Source of the DNA: Eledone cirrhosa | Lineage: Eukaryota | NCBI GenBank assembly: GCA_964016885.1 | Contig: OZ024741.1 | Location: forward strand, 209,498,001 to 209,562,000 | Length of the DNA stretch: 64,000 bases | Reading direction: 5' to 3' | In this document: in pieces, positions 26,801-40,820 of the stretch | Position numbering within the stretch: position 1 is the stretch's first letter | How the letters are laid out: each line of letters opens with the position of its first letter | Notes under the pieces: model-generated | What the model saw: only the letters and a program-made list of their open reading frames with translations | Told to the model about the DNA's origin: nothing | Databases searched by the model: none | Program-made: the position numbers and the translations under genes

Positions 26801-29800
26801 ACTTAACCCCAACTTAACTTAACCGCAACTTAACTTAACCCCAACTTAACTTAACCCCAACTTAACTTAACCGCAACTTAACTTAACCGCAACCTAACTT
26901 AACCCCAACTTAACTTAACCGCAACTTAACTTAACCGCAACTTAGCTTAACCCCAACCCTTGGTGGGATCGATCTGTAATTACTGGTATATGTGCAGACA
27001 CTCATTGGCTGTGTGTGGCCTGATTTTCAGAAAGATATCTCCGTAAAATAACGAGTGGTGGCTGCGTAAAATAATGAATTACGCACGAAAATGAGAAAAT
27101 TTCCATTCTCGATCGTGGGCCGGCCGGATGTCGGATCGATTCGTAAATACAAGGATAATGTGCGGACACTCCTTGGCTGTGTGCGGCATGATTTTCAGGA
27201 CGATATCTCCGTAAAATCAAGAGTTGATAACCCCAACTTAACTTAACCCCAACTTAACTTAACCGCAACTTAACTTAACCGCAACCTAACTTAACCCCAA
27301 CTTAACTTAACCGCAACCTAACTTAACCCCAACTTAACTTAACCGCAACTTAACTTAACCCCAACCTAACTTAACCCCAACTTAACTTAACCGCAACTTA
27401 ACTTAACCGCAACCTAACTTAACCCCAACTTAACTTAACCGCAACTTAACTTAACCGCAACTTAGCTTAACCCCAACCCTTGGTGGGATCGATCTGTAAT
27501 TACTGGTACATGTGCAGACACTCATTGGCTGTGTGTGGCCTGATTTTTAGAAAGATATCTCCGTAAAATAACGAGTGGTGGCTGCGTAAAATAATGAATT
27601 ACGCACGAAAATGAGAAAATTTCTATTCTCGATCGTGGGCCGGCCGGATGTCGGATCGATTCGTAAATACAAGGATAATGTGCGGACACTCCTTGGCTGT
27701 GTGCGGCATGATTTTCAGGACGATATCTCCGTAAAATCAAGAGTTGATAACCCCAACTTAACTTAACCCCAACTTAACTTAACCGCAACTTAACTTAACC
27801 GCAACCTAACTTAACCCCAACTTAACTTAACCGCAACCTAACTTAACCCCAACTTAACTTAACCGCAACTTAACTTAACCCCAACCTAAATTAACTCCAA
27901 CTTAACTTAACCGCAACTTAACTTAACCGCAACCTAACTTAACCCCAACTTAATTTAACCGCAACTTAACTTAACCGCAACTTAGCTTAACCCCAGCCCT
28001 TGGTGGGATCGATCTGTAATTACTGGTACATGTGCAGACACTCATTGGCTGTGTGTGGCCTGATTTTCAGAAAGATATCTCCTTAAAATAACGAGTGGTG
28101 GCTGCGTAAAATAATGAATTACGCACGAAAATGAGAAAATTTCGATTCTCGATCGTGGGCCGGCCGGATGTCGCATCGATTCGTAAATAGAAGGATAATG
28201 TGCGGACACTCCTTGGCTGTGTGCGGCATGATTTTCAGGACGATATTTCCGTAAAATCAAGAGTTGATAACCCCAACTTAACTTAACCCCAACTTAACTT
28301 AACCCCAACTTAACTTAACCGCAACTTAACTTAACCGCAACCTAACTTAACCCCAACTTAACTTAACCGCAACCTAACTTAACCACAACTTAACTTAACC
28401 GCAACTTAACTTAACCCCAACCTAACTTAACCCCAACTTAACTTAACCGCAACTTAACTTAACCGCAACCTAACTTAACCCCAACTTAACTTAACCGCAA
28501 CTTAACTTAACCGCAACTTAGCTTAACCCCAACCCTTGGTGGGATCGATCTGTAATTACTGGTACATGTGCAGACACTCATTGGCTGTGTGTGGCCTGAT
28601 TTTCAGAAAGATATCTCCGTAAAATAACGAGTGGTGGCTGCGTAAAATAATGAATTACACACGAAAATGAGAAAATTTCGATTCTCGATCGTGGGCCGGC
28701 CGGATGTCGGATCGATTCGTAAATACAAGGATAATGTGCGGACACTCCTTGGCTGTGTGCGGCATGATTTTCAGGACGATATCTCCGTAAAATCAACAGT
28801 TGATAACCCCAACTTAACTTAACCCCAACTTAACTTAACCGCAACTTAACTTAACCGCAACCTAACTTAACCCCAACTTAACTTAACCGCAATCTAACTT
28901 AACCCCAACTTAGCTTAACCGCAACTTAACTTAACCCCAACCTAACTTAACCCCAACTTAACTTAACCGCAACTTAACTTAACCGCAACCTAACTTAACC
29001 CCAACTTAACTTAACCGCAACTTAACTTAACCGCAACTTAGCTTAACCCCAACCCTTGGTGGGATCGATCTGTAATTACTGGTACATGTGCAGACACTCA
29101 TTGGCTGTGTGTGGCCTGATTTTCAGAAAGATATCTCCGTAAAATAACGAGTGGTGGCTGCGTAAAATAATGAATTACGCACGAAAATGAGAAAATTTCG
29201 ATTCTCGATTGTGGGCCGGCCGGATGTCGGATCGATTCGTAAATACAAGGATAATGTGCGGACACTCCTTGGCTGTGTGCGGCATGATTTTCAGGACGAT
29301 ATCTCCGTAAAATCAAGAGTTGATAACCCCAACTTAACTTAACCCCAACTTAACTTAACCGCAACTTAACTTAACCGCAACCTAACTTAACCCCAACTTA
29401 ACTTAACCGCAACCTAACTTAACCCCAACTTAACTTAACCGCAACTTAACTTAACCCCAACCTAACTTAACCCCAACTTAACTTAACCGCAACTTAACTT
29501 AACCGCAACCTAACTTAACCCTAACTTAACTTAACCGCAACTTAACTTAACCGCAACTTAGCTTAACCCCAACCCTTGGTGGGATCGATCTGTAATTACT
29601 GGTACATGTGCAGACACTCATTGGCTGTGTGTGGCCTGATTTTCAGAAAGATATCTCCGTAAAATAACGAGTGGTGGCTGCGTAAATTAATGAATTACGC
29701 ACGAAAATGAGAAAATTTCGATTCTCGATCGTGGGCCGGCCGGATGTCGGATCGATTCGTAAATACAAGGATAATGTGCGGACACTCCTTGCCTGTGTGC

Positions 29801-31508
29801 CGCATGATTTTCAGGACGATATCTCCGTAAAATCAAGAGTTGATAACCCCAACTTAACTTAACCCCAACTTAACTTAACCGCAACTTAACTGAACCGCAA
29901 CCTAACTTAACCCCAACTTAACTTAACCGCAACCTAACTTAACCCCAACTTAACTTAACCGCAACTTAACTTAACCCCAACCTAACTTAACTCCAACTTA
30001 ACTTAACCGCAACTTAACTTAACCGCAACCTAACTTAACCCCAACTTAACTTAACCGCAACTTAACTTAACCGCAACTTAGCTTAACCCCAACCCTTGGT
30101 GGGATCGATCTGTAATTACTGGTACATGTGCAGACACTCATTGGCCGTGTGTGGCCTGATTTTCAGAAAGATATCTCCGTAAAATAACGAGTGGTGGCTG
30201 CGTAAAATAATGAATTACGCACGAAAATGAGAAAATTTCGATTCTCGATCGTGGGCCGGCCGGATGTCGGATCGATTCGTAAATACAAGGATAATGTGCG
30301 GACACTCCTTGGCTGTGTGCGGCATGATTTTCAGGACGATATCTCCGTAAAATCAAGAGTTGATAACCCCAACTTGACTTAACCGCAACTTAACTTAACC
30401 GCAACCTAACTTAACCCTAACTTAACTTAACCGCAACTTAACTTAACCGCAACTTAGCTTAACCCCAACCCTTGGTGGGATCGATCTGTAATTACTGTTA
30501 CATGTGCAGACACTCATTGGCTGTGTGTGGCCTGATTTTCAGAAAGATATCTCCGTAAAATAACGAGTGGTGGCTGCGTAAAATAATGAATTACGCACGA
30601 AAATGAGAAAATTTCGATTCTCGATCGTGGGCCGGCCGGATGTCGGATCGATTCGTAAATACAAGGATAATGTGCGGACACTCCTTGCCTGTGTGCCGCA
30701 TGATTTTCAGGACGATATCTCCGTAAAATCAAGAGTTGATAACCCCAACTTAACTTAACCCCAACTTAACTTAACCGCAACTTAACTTAACCGCAACCTA
30801 ACTTAACCCCAACTTAACTTAACCGCAACCTAACTTAACCCCAACTTAACTTAACCGCAACTTAACTTAACCCCAACCTAACTTAACCCCAACTTAACTT
30901 AACCGCAACTTAACTTAACCGCAACCTAACTTAACCCCAACTTAACTTAACCGCAACTTAACTTAACCGCAACTTAGCTTAACCCCAACCCTTGGTGGGA
31001 TCGATCTGTAATTACTGGTACATGTGCAGACACTCATTGGCTGTGTGTGGCCTGATTTTCAGAAAGATATCTCCGTAAAATAACGAGTGGTGGCTGCGTA
31101 AAATAATGAATTACGCACGAAAATGAGAAAATTTCGATTCTCGATCGTGGGCCGGCCGGATGTCGGATCGATTCGTAAATACAAGGATAATGTGCGGACA
31201 CTCCTTGGCTGTGTGCGGCATGATTTTCAGGACGATATCTCCGTAAAATCAAGCGTTGATAACCCCAACTTAACTTAACCCCAACTTAACTTAACCGCAA
31301 CTTAACTTAACCGCAACCTAACTTAACCCCAACTTAACTTAACCGCAACCTAACTTAACCCCAACTTAACTTAACCGCAACTTAACTTAACCCCAACCTA
31401 ACTTAACCCCAACTTAACTTAACCGCAACTTAACTTAACCGCAACCTAACTTAACCCTAACTTAACTTAACCGCAACTTAACTTAACCGCAACTTAGCTT
31501 AACCCCAA

Positions 31509-34500
31509 CCCTTGGTGGGATCGATCTGTAATTACTGGTACATGTGCAGACACTCATTGGCTGTGTGTGGCCTGATTTTCAGAAAGATGTCTCCGTAAAA
31601 TAACGAGTGGTGGCTGCGTAAATTAATGAATTACGCACGAAAATGAGAAAATTTCGATTCTCGATCGTGGGCCGGCCGGATGTCGGATCGATTCGTAAAT
31701 ACAATGATAATGTGCGGACACTCCTTGCCTGTGTGCCGCATGATTTTCAGGACGATATCTCCGTAAAATCAAGAGTTGATAACCCCAACTTAACTTAACC
31801 CCAACTTAACTTAACCGCAACTTAACTTAACCGCAACCTAACTTAACCCCAACTTAACTTAACCGCAACCTAACTTAACCCCAACTTAACTTAACCGCAA
31901 CTTAACTTAACCCCAACCTAACTTAACCCCAACTTAACTTAACCGCAACTTAACTTAACCGCAACCTAACTTAACCCCAACTTAACTTAACCGCAACTTA
32001 ACTTAACCGCAACTTAGCTTAACCCCAACCCTTGGTGGGATCGATCTGTAATTACTGGTACATGTGCAGACACTCATTGGCTGTGTGTGGCCTGATTTTC
32101 AGAAAGATATCTCCGTAAAATAACGAGTGGTGGCTGCGTAAAATAATGAATTACGCACGAAAATGAGAAAATTTCGATTCTCGATCGTGGGCCGGCCGGA
32201 TGTCGGATCGATTCGTAAATACAAGGATAATGTGCGGACACTCCTTGGCTGTGTGCGGCATGATTTTCAGGACGATATCTCCGTAAAATCAAGAGTTGAT
32301 AACCCCAACTTAACTTAACCCCAACTTAACTTAACCGCAACTTAACTTAACCGCAACCTAACTTAACCCCAACTTCACTTAACCGCAACCTAACTTAACC
32401 CCAACTTAACTTAACCGCAACTTAACTTAACCCCAACCTAAATTAACTCCAACTTAACTTAACCGCAACTTAACTTAACCGCAACCTAACTTAACCCCAA
32501 CTTAATTTAACCGCAACTTAACTTAACCGCAACTTAGCTTAACCCCAGCCCTTGGTGGGATCGATCTGTAATTACTGGTACATGTGCAGACACTCATTGG
32601 CTGTGTGTGGCCTGATTTTCAGAAAGATATCTCCGTAAAATAACGAGTGGTGGCTGCGTAAAATAATGAATTACGCACGAAAATGAGAAAATTTCGATTC
32701 TCGATCGTGGGCCGGCCGGATGTCGCATCGATTCGTAAATAGAAGGATAATGTGCGGACACTCCTTGGCTGTGTGCGGCATGATTTTCAGGACGATATTT
32801 CCGTAAAATCAAGAGTTGATAACCCCAACTTAACTTAACCCCAACTTAACTTAACCCCAACTTAACTTAACCCCAACTTAACTTAACCGCAACTTAACTT
32901 AACCGCAACCTAACTTAACCCCAACTTAACTTAACCGCAACCTAACTTAACCACAACTTAACTTAACCGCAACTTAACTTAACCCCAACCTAACTTAACC
33001 CCAACTTAACTTAACCGCAACTTAACTTAACCGCAACCTAACTTAACCCCAACTTAACTTAACCGCAACTTAACTTAACCGCAACTTAGCTTAACCCCAA
33101 CCCTTGGTGGGATCGATCTGTAATTACTGGTACATGTGCAGACACTCATTGGCTGTGTGTGGCCTGATTTTCAGAAAGATATCTCCGTAAAATAACGAGT
33201 GGTGGCTGCGTAAAATAATGAATTACACACGAAAATGAGAAAATTTCGATTCTCGATCGTGGGCCGGCCGGATGTCGGATCGATTCGTAAATACAAGGAT
33301 AATGTGCGGACACTCCTTGGCTGTGTGCGGCATGATTTTCAGGACGATATCTCCGTAAAATCAAGAGTTGATAACCCCAACTTAACTTAACCCCAACTTA
33401 ACTTAACCGCAACTTAACTTAACCGCAACCTAACTTAACCCCAACTTAACTTAACCGCAACCTAACTTAACCCCAACTTAGCTTAACCGCAACTTAACTT
33501 AACCCCAACCTAACTTAACCCCAACTTAACTTAACCGCAACTTAACTTAACCGCAACCTAACTTAACCCCAACTTAACTTAACCGCAACTTAACTTAACC
33601 GCAACTTAGCTTAACCTCAACCCTTGGTGGGATCGATCTGTAATTACTGGTACATGTGCAGACACTCATTGGCTGTGTGTGGCCTGATTTTCAGAAAGAT
33701 ATCTCCGTAAAATAACGAGTGGTGGCTGCGTAAAATAATGAATTACGCACGAAAATGAGAAAATTTCGATTCTCGATTGTGGGCCGGCCGGATGTCGGAT
33801 CGATTCGTAAATACAAGGATAATGTGCGGACACTCCTTGGCTGTGTGCGGCATGATTTTCAGGACGATATCTCCGTAAAATCAAGAGTTGATAACCCCAA
33901 CTTAACTTAACCCCAACTTAACTTAACCGCAACTTAACTTAACCGCAACCTAACTTAACCCCAACTTAACTTAACCGCAACCTAACTTAACCCCAACTTA
34001 ACTTAACCGCAACTTAACTTAACCCCAACCTAACTTAACCCCAACTTAACTTAACCGCAACTTAACTTAACCGCAACCTAACTTAACCCTAACTTAACTT
34101 AACCGCAACTTAACTTAACCGCAACTTAGCTTAACCCCAACCCTTGGTGGGATCGATCTGTAATTACTGGTACATGTGCAGACACTCATTGGCTGTGTGT
34201 GGCCTGATTTTCAGAAAGATATCTCCGTAAAATAACGAGTGGTGGCTGCGTAAATTAATGAATTACGCACGAAAATGAGAAAATTTCGATTCTCGATCGT
34301 GGGCCGGCCGGATGTCGGATCGATTCGTAAATACAAGGATAATGTGCGGACACTCCTTGCCTGTGTGCCGCATGATTTTCAGGACGATATCTCCGTAAAA
34401 TCAAGAGTTGATAACCCCAACTTAACTTAACCCCAACTTAACTTAACCGCAACTTAACTTAACCGCAACCTAACTTAACCCCAACTTAACTTAACCGCAA

Positions 34501-37500
34501 CCTAACTTAACCCCAACTTAACTTAACCGCAACTTAACTTAACCCCAACCTAACTTAACCCCAACTTAACTTAACCGCAACTTAACTTAACCGCAACCTA
34601 ACTTAACCCCAACTTAACTTAACCGCAACTTAACTTAACCGCAACTTAGCTTAACCCCAACCCTTGGTGGGATCGATCTGTAATTACTGGTACATGTGCA
34701 GACACTCATTGGCTGTGTGTGGCCTGATTTTCAGAAAGATGTCTCCGTAAAATAACGAGTGGTGGCTGCGTAAATTAATGAATTACGCACGAAAATGAGA
34801 AAATTTCGATTCTCGATCGTGGGCCGGCCGGATGTCGGATCGATTCGTAAATACAATGATAATGTGCGGACACTCCTTGCCTGTGTGCCGCATGATTTTC
34901 AGGACGATATCTCCGTAAAATCAAGAGTTGATAACCCCAACTTAACTTAACCCCAACTTAACTTAACCGCAACTTAACTTAACCGCAACCTAACTTAACC
35001 CCAACTTAACTTAACCGCAACCTAACTTAACCCCAACTTAACTTAACCGCAACTTAACTTAACCCCAACCTAACTTAACCCCAACTTAACTTAACCGCAA
35101 CTTAACTTAACCGCAACCTAACTTAACCCCAACTTAACTTAACCGCAACTTAACTTAACCGCAACTTAGCTTAACCCCAACCCTTGGTGGGATCGATCTG
35201 TAATTACTGGTACATGTGCAGACACTCATTGGCTGTGTGTGGCCTGATTTTCAGAAAGATATCTCCGTAAAATAACGAGTGGTGGCTGCGTAAAATAATG
35301 AATTACGCACGAAAATGAGAAAATTTCGATTCTCGATCGTGGGCCGGCCGGATGTCGGATCGATTCGTAAATACAAGGATAATGTGCGGACACTCCTTGG
35401 CTGTGTGCGGCATGATTTTCAGGACGATATCTCCGTAAAATCAAGAGTTGATAACCCCAACTTAACTTAACCCCAACTTAACTTAACCGCAACTTAACTT
35501 AACCGCAACCTAACTTAACCCCAACTTCACTTAACCGCAACCTAACTTAACCCCAACTTAACTTAACCGCAACTTAACTTAACCCCAACCTAAATTAACT
35601 CCAACTTAACTTAACCGCAACTTAACTTAACCGCAACCTAACTTAACCCCAACTTAATTTAACCGCAACTTAACTTAACCGCAACTTAGCTTAACCCCAG
35701 CCCTTGGTGGGATCGATCTGTAATTACTGGTACATGTGCAGACACTCATTGGCTGTGTGTGGCCTGATTTTCAGAAAGATATCTCCGTAAAATAACGAGT
35801 GGTGGCTGCGTAAAATAATGAATTACGCACGAAAATGAGAAAATTTCGATTCTCGATCGTGGGCCGGCCGGATGTCGCATCGATTCGTAAATAGAAGGAT
35901 AATGTGCGGACACTCCTTGGCTGTGTGCGGCATGATTTTCAGGACGATATTTCCGTAAAATCAAGAGTTGATAACCCCAACTTAACTTAACCCCAACTTA
36001 ACTTAACCCCAACTTAACTTAACCCCAACTTAACTTAACCGCAACTTAACTTAACCGCAACCTAACTTAACCCCAACTTAACTTAACCGCAACCTAACTT
36101 AACCACAACTTAACTTAACCGCAACTTAACTTAACCCCAACCTAACTTAACCCCAACTTAACTTAACCGCAACTTAACTTAACCGCAACCTAACTTAACC
36201 CCAACTTAACTTAACCGCAACTTAACTTAACCGCAACTTAGCTTAACCCCAACCCTTGGTGGGATCGATCTGTAATTACTGGTACATGTGCAGACACTCA
36301 TTGGCTGTGTGTGGCCTGATTTTCAGAAAGATATCTCCGTAAAATAACGAGTGGTGGCTGCGTAAAATAATGAATTACACACGAAAATGAGAAAATTTCG
36401 ATTCTCGATCGTGGGCCGGCCGGATGTCGGATCGATTCGTAAATACAAGGATAATGTGCGGACACTCCTTGGCTGTGTGCGGCATGATTTTCAGGACGAT
36501 ATCTCCGTAAAATCAAGAGTTGATAACCCCAACTTAACTTAACCCCAACTTAACTTAACCGCAACTTAACTTAACCGCAACCTAACTTAACCCCAACTTA
36601 ACTTAACCGCAACCTAACTTAACCCCAACTTAGCTTAACCGCAACTTAACTTAACCCCAACCTAACTTAACCCCAACTTAACTTAACCGCAACTTAACTT
36701 AACCGCAACCTAACTTAACCCCAACTTAACTTAACCGCAACTTAACTTAACCGCAACTTAGCTTAACCCCAACCCTTGGTGGGATCGATCTGTAATTACT
36801 GGTACATGTGCAGACACTCATTGGCTGTGTGTGGCCTGATTTTCAGAAAGATATCTCCGTAAAATAACGAGTGGTGGCTGCGTAAAATAATGAATTACGC
36901 ACGAAAATGAGAAAATTTCGATTCTCGATTGTGGGCCGGCCGGATGTCGGATCGATTCGTAAATACAAGGATAATGTGCGGACACTCCTTGGCTGTGTGC
37001 GGCATGATTTTCAGGACGATATCTCCGTAAAATCAAGAGTTGATAACCCCAACTTAACTTAACCCCAACTTAACTTAACCGCAACTTAACTTAACCGCAA
37101 CCTAACTTAACCCCAACTTAACTTAACCGCAACCTAACTTAACCCCAACTTAACTTAACCGCAACTTAACTTAACCCCAACCTAACTTAACCCCAACTTA
37201 ACTTAACCGCAACTTAACTTAACCGCAACCTAACTTAACCCTAACTTAACTTAACCGCAACTTAACTTAACCGCAACTTAGCTTAACCCCAACCCTTGGT
37301 GGGATCGATCTGTAATTACTGGTACATGTGCAGACACTCATTGGCTGTGTGTGGCCTGATTTTCAGAAAGATATCTCCGTAAAATAACGAGTGGTGGCTG
37401 CGTAAATTAATGAATTACGCACGAAAATGAGAAAATTTCGATTCTCGATCGTGGGCCGGCCGGATGTCGGATCGATTCGTAAATACAAGGATAATGTGCG

Positions 37501-37812
37501 GACACTCCTTGCCTGTGTGCCGCATGATTTTCAGGACGATATCTCCGTAAAATCAAGAGTTGATAACCCCAACTTAACTTAACCCCAACTTAACTTAACC
37601 GCAACTTAACTTAACCGCAACCTAACTTAACCCCAACTTAACTTAACCGCAACCTAACTTAACCCCAACTTAACTTAACCGCAACTTAACTTAACCCCAA
37701 CCTAACTTAACCCCAACTTAACTTAACCGCAACTTAACTTAACCGCAACCTAACTTAACCCCAACTTAACTTAACCGCAACTTAACTTAACCGCAACTTA
37801 GCTTAACCCCAA
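31509..37812. repeat. Tandem duplication with a 3152-bp (6-monomer) period
   Basis: The private variant AACTTCACTT occurs at 32376 and 35528. M monomers lie at 32594 and 35746, and Q monomers (GATTGTGG) at 33666 and 36818. Confidence 0.8.
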
Positions 37813-40800
37813 CCCTTGGTGGGATCGATCTGTAATTACTGGTACATGTGCAGACACTCATTGGCTGTGTGTGGCCTGATTTTCAGAAAGATATCTCCGT
37901 AAAATAACGAGTGGTGGCTGCGTAAAATAATGAATTACGCACGAAAATGAGAAAATTTCGATTCTCGATCGTGGGCCGGCCGGATGTCGGATCGATTCGT
38001 AAATACAAGGATAATGTGCGGACACTCCTTGGCTGTGTGCGGCATGATTTTCAGGACGATATCTCCGTAAAATCAAGAGTTGATAACCCCAACTTGACTT
38101 AACCGCAACTTAACTTAACCGCAACCTAACTTAACACTAACTTAACTTAACCGCAACTTAACTTAACCGCAACTTAGCTTAACCCCAACCCTTGGTGGGA
38201 TCGATCTGTAATTACTGGTACATGTGCAGACACTCATTGGCTGTGTGTGGCCTGATTTTCAGAAAGATATCTCCGTAAAATAACGAGTGGTGGCTGCGTA
38301 AAATAATGAATTACGCACGAAAATGAGAAAATTTCGATTCTCGATCGTGGGCCGGCCGGATGTCGGATCGATTCGTAAATACAAGGATAATGTGCGGACA
38401 CTCCTTGCCTGTGTGCCGCATGATTTTCAGGACGATATCTCCGTAAAATCAAGAGTTGATAACCCCAACTTAACTTAACCCCAACTTAACTTAACCGCAA
38501 CTTAACTTAACCGCAACCTAACTTAACCCCAACTTAACTTAACCGCAACCTAACTTAACCCCAACTTAACTTAACCGCAACTTAACTTAACCCCAACCTA
38601 ACTTAACCCCAACTTAACTTAACCGCAACTTAACTTAACCGCAACCTAACTTAACCCCAACTTAACTTAACCGCAACTTAACTTAACCGCAACTTAGCTT
38701 AACCCCAACCCTTGGTGGGATCGATCTGTAATTACTGGTACATGTGCAGAGACTCATTGGCTGTGTGTGGCCTGATTTTCAGAAAGATATCTCCGTAAAA
38801 TAACGAGTGGTGGCTGCGTAAAATAATGAATTACGCACGAAAATGAGAAAATTTCGATTCTCGATCGTGGGCCGGCCGGATGTCGGATCGATTCGTAAAT
38901 ACAAGGATAATGTGCGGACACTCCTTGGCTGTGTGCGGCATGATTTTCAGGACGATATCTCCGTAAAATCAAGCGTTGATAACCCCAACTTAACTTAACC
39001 CCAACTTAACTTAACCGCAACTTAACTTAACCGCAACCTAACTTAACCCCAACTTAACTTAACCGCAACCTAACTTAACCCCAACTTAACTTAACCGCAA
39101 CTTAACTTAACCCCAACCTAACTTAACCCCAACTTAACTTAACCGCAACTTAACTTAACCGCAACCTAACTTAACCCTAACTTAACTTAACCGCAACTTA
39201 ACTTAACCGCAACTTAGCTTAACCCCAACCCTTGGTGGGATCGATCTGTAATTACTGGTACATGTGCAGACACTCATTGGCTGTGTGTGACCTGATTTTC
39301 AGAAAGATGTCTCCGTAAAATAACGAGTGGTGGCTGCGTAAATTAATGAATTACGCACGAAAATGAGAAAATTTCGATTCTCGATCGTGGGCCGGCCGGA
39401 TGTCGGATCGATTCGTAAATACAATGATAATGTGCGGACACTCCTTGCCTGTGTGCCGCATGATTTTCAGGACGATATCTCCGTAAAATCAAGAGTTGAT
39501 AACCCCAACTTAACTTAACCCCAACTTAACTTAACCGCAACTTAACTTAACCGCAACCTAACTTAACCCCAACTTAACTTAACCGCAACCTAACTTAACC
39601 CCAACTTAACTTAACCGCAACTTAACTTAACCCCAACCTAACTTAACCCCAACTTAACTTAACCGCAACTTAACTTAACCGCAACCTAACTTAACCCCAA
39701 CTTAACTTAACCGCAACTTAACTTAACCGCAACTTAGCTTAACCCCAACCCTTGGTGGGATCGATCTGTAATTACTGGTACATGTGCAGACACTCATTGG
39801 CTGTGTGTGGCCTGATTTTCAGAAAGATATCTCCGTAAAATAACGAGTGGTGGCTGCGTAAAATAATGAATTACGCACGAAAATGAGAAAATTTCTATTC
39901 TCGATCGTGGGCCGGCCGGATGTCGGATCGATTCGTAAATACAAGGATAATGTGCGGACACTCCTTGGCTGTGTGCGGCATGATTTTCAGGACGATATCT
40001 CCGTAAAATCAAGAGTTGATAACCCCAACTTAACTTAACCCCAACTTAACTTAACCGCAACTTAACTTAACCGCAACCTAACTTAACCCCAACTTAACTT
40101 AACCGCAACCTAACTTAACCCCAACTTAACTTAACCGCAACTTAACTTAACCCCAACCTAAATTAACTCCAACTTAACTTAACCGCAACTTAACTTAACC
40201 GCAACCTAACTTAACCCCAACTTAATTTAACCGCAACTTAACTTAACCGCAACTTAGCTTAACCCCAGCCCTTGGTGGGATCGATCTGTAATTACTGGTA
40301 CATGTGCAGACACTCATTGGCTGTGTGTGGCCTGATTTTCAGAAAGATATCTCCTTAAAATAACGAGTGGTGGCTGCGTAAAATAATGAATTACGCACGA
40401 AAATGAGAAAATTTCGATTCTCGATCGTGGGCCGGCCGGATGTCGCATCGATTCGTAAATAGAAGGATAATGTGCGGACACTCCTTGGCTGTGTGCGGCA
40501 TGATTTTCAGGACGATATTTCCGTAAAATCAAGAGTTGATAACCCCAACTTAACTTAACCCCAACTTAACTTAACCCCAACTTAACTTAACCCCAACTTA
40601 ACTTAACCGCAACTTAACTTAACCGCAACCTAACTTAACCCCAACTTAACTTAACCGCAACCTAACTTAACCACAACTTAACTTAACCGCAACTTAACTT
40701 AACCCCAACCTAACTTAACCCCAACTTAACTTAACCGCAACTTAACTTAACCGCAACCTAACTTAACCCCAACTTAACTTAACCGCAACTTAACTTAACC

Positions 40801-40820
40801 GCAACTTAGCTTAACCCCAA